Assembly: GCA_016177205.1 (NCBI GenBank)
Contig: JACOVS010000039.1
Coordinates: 1 to 54,754 of the forward strand
DNA length: 54,754 nucleotides
Reading direction: 5' to 3'
Source: Candidatus Aenigmatarchaeota archaeon
GTDB lineage: Archaea > Aenigmatarchaeota > Aenigmatarchaeia > JACPZZ01
Part shown: positions 50,300 through 54,754 of the stretch, piece by piece
Layout of the letters: each line of letters begins with the position of its first letter
Numbering within the stretch: position 1 is the stretch's first letter
The notes under the pieces: model-generated
Database searches by the model: none
What the model was told of the DNA's origin: nothing
What the model saw: only the letters and a program-made list of their open reading frames with translations
Program-made: the position numbers and the translations under genes

Positions 50300-50317
50300 A
50301 CTGTATCGGTATGCTTC
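50286..50317 (+). repeat. hairpin repeat He (11-bp stem, 10-nt loop), near-identical to Hd with compensatory arm changes
   Basis: GAAGCATACCG-CATACTGTAT-CGGTATGCTTC. Confidence 0.7.
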
Positions 50318-50319
50318 AT

Positions 50320-50502
50320 TCAGACGCTCCAGAGGTAAAGTCCGATGATTATCAGCGTGCCCGGCACAAGCACGCCGATAAACCTGAACTTCGGCTCGTA
50401 ATCGCGCGACGGAAAGAACGCCCCCATGAAAAAGCCCAGGATGATCAGTACGGTTCCCAGCACCTTCAGGAAAACCATGTCAAAGCTGGTAAATTCAACC
50501 AT
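50320..50502 (-). CDS. 2-TM miniprotein, paralog of 50069..50299
   Basis: VLGTVLIILGFFMGAFFPSRDYEPKFRFIGVLVPGTLIIIGLYL. Same TM-FP-acidic-loop-TM layout. Confidence 0.5.
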   Translation of the reverse strand: MVEFTSFDMVFLKVLGTVLIILGFFMGAFFPSRDYEPKFRFIGVLVPGTLIIIGLYLWSV

Positions 50503-50511
50503 CGCAATCGC

Positions 50512-51396
50512 CTAGAACAATACTAAGTATAGCCCGGCAAGGGTTAAAATGGTTCCGAGCAGAAGGCCAGAGCCTGTTATGCCCGGTATCTCCCTTTCGC
50601 TGATCCTAAGGAAAAACGCTATGACAATAAGGCCGGCAGCCATTATGAACAACGCCGTCCCCCGGAGAAGTCCCGGGAACAACCCTTGTACCGAGGCCAG
50701 GAAAAACACTGCCAGTATCGCCGAGGCTGTCCCGATCCACGATATTACCCCGTGCCCGGACGTCGAATCCGGGAACATCCTGGCTGCCGCGTAAGCAAAC
50801 AGGGCCAGGACAGCAAATATAAAAGTTGGCAAAAACCCTGAAAGCACAAAAATGAACCCGCCCAGAACCGCAACCGCTGCCAGCAGGAAGAACATCCAAC
50901 CACTCTCCTCTGAGAACTTGGAAAATGCGAAGACCATTACGCCGAACATTGTTATCAGTAACATCAACCCTGTTGCTGTTAAGCTCATCCCGGTCGGCAG
51001 CGCGCCGCCCCCAAGGAATATTATGATGGCCGCGGCTACCGTGAGTACAAGGATGTGGCTGTCAGGCTTGTTGTTCCCGGCAAGGCCGTAGACAAACACC
51101 AGTATTGCGCTGAAAACCAAAAGAAACGTGGCCACGCTCGTAAATCCCGAGGTCGAGCTTGCCAGGAACCCGCCCACGATAAGTACGGACGCCACCGCAA
51201 TCGCCGCGCCAGGCCTTTCAGCCCCCGCACTCAAAAAGCCGAAAAGGGCCAGGAGTATGAACAGTCCCGTGGTTATGCTTAACGTGGAAAAGGCCTCCAA
51301 AACGCCCCGTGGCCCACTTACAAGGACAAAGAGCAGAAGAACAGTTAGCGTGACCAGCAAAACTCCGGCCTTCAATATGGCCGATTCGGACGCCAT
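50512..51396 (-). CDS. polytopic membrane protein (about 9-10 TM), uncharacterised
   Basis: 294 aa, almost entirely Gly/Ala/Leu-rich hydrophobic helices. Confidence 0.7.
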   Translation of the reverse strand: MASESAILKAGVLLVTLTVLLLFVLVSGPRGVLEAFSTLSITTGLFILLALFGFLSAGAERPGAAIAVASVLIVGGFLASSTSGFTSVATFLLVFSAILVFVYGLAGNNKPDSHILVLTVAAAIIIFLGGGALPTGMSLTATGLMLLITMFGVMVFAFSKFSEESGWMFFLLAAVAVLGGFIFVLSGFLPTFIFAVLALFAYAAARMFPDSTSGHGVISWIGTASAILAVFFLASVQGLFPGLLRGTALFIMAAGLIVIAFFLRISEREIPGITGSGLLLGTILTLAGLYLVLF

Positions 51397-51454
51397 AAAA
51401 CCATCTGTATTAGATTTTAAGGGGGAAGATTAAATAATAAAGTGAGGTTCTGAC

Positions 51455-51967
51455 ATGGTCATTGCAAGGACAAAACTAGTAATCGAGGACCCTTTCATAA
51501 GGTTCGACCCGTACTACATCGTCATGAATTATCGCGGGCCCAAGCCCGAGCGATTTTACACCCGTTTGTCCGAGCTGATACCCCTGATCTTCGGCGTCGA
51601 CCGCGGGCAGGTCCAGGAGCGTACGTTCAAATGGGACAACGTGGGCGACGCGCAAAAATTCGATGTTTTCTGGGAAATTTCAAAGCCGCTGGACAGGTTT
51701 ACGTACTTCCGCATGTCCGTAGAACTGACCGGCCAGAGCACAAAAGGCGAGGGCGTTGCCCGCGTGCGCCTATTCGGGACGCTGCGCACAGAGTACCCGC
51801 AGGATACGCTCTGGCAGAGAAGCATATTCTACGAGCTTATCAGAATGTTCTGGCACACCATTTTTTACAAGACACAAAGGTTGAAATACCTGCACGAGGG
51901 CCGCGCGCTGATAAGGAACATGGAAATAGAGATCAAAAAGGCTTTTGAAGAATTCAGGACGGCTTGA
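51455..51967 (+). CDS. uncharacterised alpha+beta protein, paralog A
   Basis: 170 aa. Aligns with 52027..52521 (GP.P, E+.F+WD, G.ARV/G.VRM, L.TEY/L.TDF, FYK, C-terminal amphipathic helix). Confidence 0.6.
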   Translation: MVIARTKLVIEDPFIRFDPYYIVMNYRGPKPERFYTRLSELIPLIFGVDRGQVQERTFKWDNVGDAQKFDVFWEISKPLDRFTYFRMSVELTGQSTKGEGVARVRLFGTLRTEYPQDTLWQRSIFYELIRMFWHTIFYKTQRLKYLHEGRALIRNMEIEIKKAFEEFRTA

Positions 51968-52026
51968 CCCGCCCTGATTTTCAATCAATAACAAAGTGGA
52001 CAATTATACAAACCGGGATGGTTTAG

Positions 52027-52521
52027 ATGGGAAAATGGCGCATTGCTGACGACCTCTTCGCACCTCATAAGGAAATCGACATGGTATACACCGGGCCGGA
52101 GCCATGGAAAATGGTCAACCAAGCCAACTCTCTGATACGCCAGTATTTCGAAATCAGCGGCACGCGCTGGACCCAGAAGGACGTGAGATGGGACATCACC
52201 GATGTTGTCCGGACATTTTTCACTGAGGTGGATTTCAAGAGGGAGGAAGACGGTTTCACAAACCTGCTGATCAACGTGCGTTACCAGGGAAAACAGCACG
52301 CTGAGACAAAACAAGGCACGGTGCGCATGATAATGTACGCGCAACTGCAAACGGATTTCGAATACGGCAACCCTCTGGTAAAGCTTGCCATTTTGATTTA
52401 CCTGAATTATTTTTACAAGGCCCGCAGGATCGCGATGCTGAAACGCAACGAAGAAAGGATGAACATGACGCTCAACGACCTTCGCACAGCGTTCAATTTG
52501 CCGGAGAAGATTAGCAGATGA
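52027..52521 (+). CDS. uncharacterised alpha+beta protein, paralog B
   Basis: 164 aa, paralogous to 51455..51967. Confidence 0.6.
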   Translation: MGKWRIADDLFAPHKEIDMVYTGPEPWKMVNQANSLIRQYFEISGTRWTQKDVRWDITDVVRTFFTEVDFKREEDGFTNLLINVRYQGKQHAETKQGTVRMIMYAQLQTDFEYGNPLVKLAILIYLNYFYKARRIAMLKRNEERMNMTLNDLRTAFNLPEKISR

Positions 52522-52883
52522 GCCTCCTGGACAGTGTGCTGGGCGCTGTAAGGAAGTTCTCCCCGAAAAAACCGGGCCTTGGAGAAGTGAAGCAAAGCAT
52601 GGAACCGCCAAGCGTGCGGCTTCCGTCCGAGGATGTTTTGAAATCGTACGAATCCCGCTACGAGGATAAAACGCCGCGCACGCCCATGGATGTTTTGCGT
52701 GAACCGCAACTGCCTGTGACGCAGCAGTATCCCGGCGCGCCAACGTACCCGGCGCAACCGAGCCCGGGCGGCGGCCCGAAGATAGACCTGATACTCGCGG
52801 AGATAGAGACCGTGAAGGCTCAGTTGAAGGTGTTGGGCGAAAAACTTGATATATTGGAAAGCCACTACAGGAAACCCTACTGA
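52518..52883 (+). CDS. Pro-rich protein with a C-terminal coiled coil
   Basis: ATGA overlap with the upstream gene. C-terminal IDLILAEIETVKAQLKVLGEKLDILES. Confidence 0.5.
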   Translation: MSLLDSVLGAVRKFSPKKPGLGEVKQSMEPPSVRLPSEDVLKSYESRYEDKTPRTPMDVLREPQLPVTQQYPGAPTYPAQPSPGGGPKIDLILAEIETVKAQLKVLGEKLDILESHYRKPY

Positions 52884-53377
52884 ACGCTCAACTCGGTTTT
52901 CATGTTTGTTATTTCCGTTATCGCTGTCAGAAGGTCCTCTTGCTTTGCGGGCAGGCTTTTCAACTGGCTCTTCTGCATTGTTATCTTAATGCTTTCCATC
53001 CCGTTCGAATAAAGTTTCCCGATACTGACTCTTGCCGGGAACATAAGGCTTGATATCATACCTTTGTAATCTTCCCTTCCAACAATCTTGACCTGTTTGC
53101 CAAAATTTTTTCTCAACTCTTTGGTTATTCTTCCCTCCCTGCCAACCATGTTCGCTACGTCTGTTTTCTGGCAAAGTATCAGTATCAGGCTGTCCAGGTC
53201 CACGACCTTTTCTATGACAACATTGTCCAGGGATCTGGTGGTCTTCGACAGGGCGTACAGGTTTTTTATCACCTTGGCGCCTAGGCCGCTTATCCTTCCG
53301 GTTTCAACATTTTTTCTGCATCTGGCGCAAAGTATGTCAGACTGGAGGCAAATGGAGCATATCGGGGTCTTCATCAA
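52877..53377 (-). CDS. NusA-like KH-domain protein with an N-terminal zinc ribbon
   Basis: CSICLQSDILCARC, then the KH-like NMVGREGRITKELRKNFGKQVKIV. Confidence 0.65.
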   Translation of the reverse strand: MMKTPICSICLQSDILCARCRKNVETGRISGLGAKVIKNLYALSKTTRSLDNVVIEKVVDLDSLILILCQKTDVANMVGREGRITKELRKNFGKQVKIVGREDYKGMISSLMFPARVSIGKLYSNGMESIKITMQKSQLKSLPAKQEDLLTAITEITNMKTELSVQ

Positions 53378-53399
53378 ACCGCCCCAAGGACATCCACAC

Positions 53400-54754
53400 C
53401 ATTCACGGGTGGAAGGAATTGAAATATTCTATCGGAACTCCGTACACTGAGCTGTTTAAGCGCGCCTTCGAAGATGATGATATTATGTTGGGCAGAGCGA
53501 CGGTCAATATTAAGATTCCACACGATGACGCTATCTCGAAAACCATAGGAATTTATCGCAAAGCATTGCAATTCTGTGTTGATGTTGCTTGGGAAAAACG
53601 AATAAGGAACAACGTAAGATTGCACCCCTTCGTCTACAAAGAAATCAGGGGTTTCGGATTGCCGAGTCAACTCGCAATCGCTTGCATCAAGCAGGCCTGC
53701 GGAACCGTCAAACGGGCCAAATCCAGACCTATGATCAAAGGGCATTCCATGCGTTTCAACAACCCACGAAGTTTCTCCTACAGGCATGGAGTTCTCAGCC
53801 TTTCCACAATCGAAGGCCGCAAGAAGTTCAATGTCGCGCTTCCCAGATACGCCGAGAAATACATTGATTGGAAAATCAATGAAAGCGTCCTTTGGGTAGA
53901 CAGAAAAAACAGGATGTTCTTCGGTATCTGTTTTTCCAAAGACATTGACATTCCAATACGCTCCGCTCAACACAGGCAAGTTCTCGGTGTAGACGTCGGA
54001 ATAAAACACCTTGCCGTCACTTCCGACCGTAAATTCTACGGGAGCGTCATCCCTAAGATGCGCAGGCATCAGGAACATACTGCTTCCCTGCAAAGCAAAG
54101 GAACGAAATCCGCCAGAAGGCACCTCAAAAAGATTTCTGGCAGATGGACACGTTTTATGCGGTGGAAGAACCACAACATCAGCAGGGAAATCGTAAACAG
54201 TTTGGGAGAAGGCAACATCGTTGCATTGGAAGGAATAACAAACATCCGTTCCAACAGGGGAAAGAGGTTCAACAAGCAGCTGCATTCGTGGGCTTTCAGT
54301 CAATTGCAAAGCTACATCGAATACAAGGCTGTCCAGAGAGGTTGTCTGGTCGCTTATATCAACCCGCAATACACAAGCCAGACCTGCCGGATGTGCAATG
54401 AAATCGGGACAAGAAACAAAGGCTTCTTCTCCTGCGGGCATTGCGGTTATTCCTGCAACGCCGATCTGAACGCCTCTTTCAACATCAGAAACAGGGTCAA
54501 GCCACTGGCTATGACCTTCGGGCTGCCTGTAAACCAGCCTATTGTAGCAAGCAATGACGGACTTCTTAATGTCGAACATTTTGAATCTCCTGATCTTAGT
54601 TACAATGCCCACAGACTTTAGCCGTGGGTAAGTTTATGCGAGGTCACGCTTATAACGACCACAAATCATCTTTATTTTATGGCCGTGAAGATTTTTAGCA
54701 GTGAGAAACATAAGAATATTGGGCCTTACATCGATAAATTGCTGGGAAATTCCC
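53400..54754 (+). mobile_element. stand-alone tnpB element (IS1341/IS605-derivative type); ends not defined, the right end may lie beyond the window
   Basis: tnpB has no adjacent tnpA. About 130 nt of non-coding sequence follows the stop before the window ends. Confidence 0.5.
53419..54621 (+). CDS. tnpB: TnpB (IS200/IS605 OrfB-type RuvC nuclease); alternative ATG start at 53485
   Basis: RuvC-I LGVDVGIKHLAV, RuvC-II IVALEGITNIR, Zn finger CRMCN...CGHCG, RuvC-III CNADLNASFNIRNR. Confidence 0.85.
   Translation: MKYSIGTPYTELFKRAFEDDDIMLGRATVNIKIPHDDAISKTIGIYRKALQFCVDVAWEKRIRNNVRLHPFVYKEIRGFGLPSQLAIACIKQACGTVKRAKSRPMIKGHSMRFNNPRSFSYRHGVLSLSTIEGRKKFNVALPRYAEKYIDWKINESVLWVDRKNRMFFGICFSKDIDIPIRSAQHRQVLGVDVGIKHLAVTSDRKFYGSVIPKMRRHQEHTASLQSKGTKSARRHLKKISGRWTRFMRWKNHNISREIVNSLGEGNIVALEGITNIRSNRGKRFNKQLHSWAFSQLQSYIEYKAVQRGCLVAYINPQYTSQTCRMCNEIGTRNKGFFSCGHCGYSCNADLNASFNIRNRVKPLAMTFGLPVNQPIVASNDGLLNVEHFESPDLSYNAHRL

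Noticed and set aside
51985-52743. 252-aa minus-strand ORF
   Set aside because: It lies antisense to two plus-strand genes. One of them (52027-52521) is supported by clear paralogy with its neighbour 51455-51967, and the other (52518-52883) by an ATGA overlap. The product is Arg/His/Pro-rich, as is typical of shadow ORFs.
53374-54612. 412-aa ORF on the minus strand covering the whole tnpB region
   Set aside because: It is the antisense shadow of tnpB. The plus-strand frame carries the complete RuvC/zinc-finger motif set, and the minus-strand product has no recognisable features.

Overview
This is an archaeal chromosomal segment. The evidence is TFB, an archaeal histone, aIF5A, diphthine synthase, a class I CCA-adding enzyme, aTrm56, Trm1, a ThrRS with the archaeal N-terminal editing domain, and a tRNA with splicing-type introns. 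Coding density is high, genes often abut or overlap, and several starts have Shine-Dalgarno-like GGAGG/AAGGT motifs. There are four main blocks. (1) 2.5-18.5 kb holds an 18-gene minus-strand type-IV-pilus-like locus. It encodes a FlaI/PilB-type ATPase, a polytopic platform protein and about 15 secreted or anchored proteins, 12 of which have class III (prepilin-type) signal peptides. The proteins are Cys-rich and the locus includes an 899-aa giant; no prepilin peptidase is visible. (2) 20.2-27.7 kb holds five tandem paralogous membrane proteins, followed by a nucleotidyltransferase gene pair flanked by three paralogous basic helical proteins. (3) 27.7-44 kb is housekeeping: dph5, vapBC, ftsZ, thrS, a fused pyrE-pyrF, tRNA-Gln with two introns surrounded by a covarying hairpin repeat family, trm56, rnz, cca, rhomboid, dCMP deaminase, speB, aIF5A, histone, tfb and trm1. 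(4) 44-52.9 kb holds a second nucleotidyltransferase pair and a cluster of uncharacterised genes. These are 674-aa and 633-aa proteins, duplicated 2-TM miniproteins, a polytopic membrane protein, and a divergent operon of two paralogous ~165-aa proteins plus a coiled-coil protein. This cluster shares a ~48-nt intergenic module with the pilus locus. The window ends with a stand-alone TnpB (IS200/IS605-type) element. I saw no rRNA genes or CRISPR arrays. All functional calls come from motif recognition by eye; no similarity search was run.
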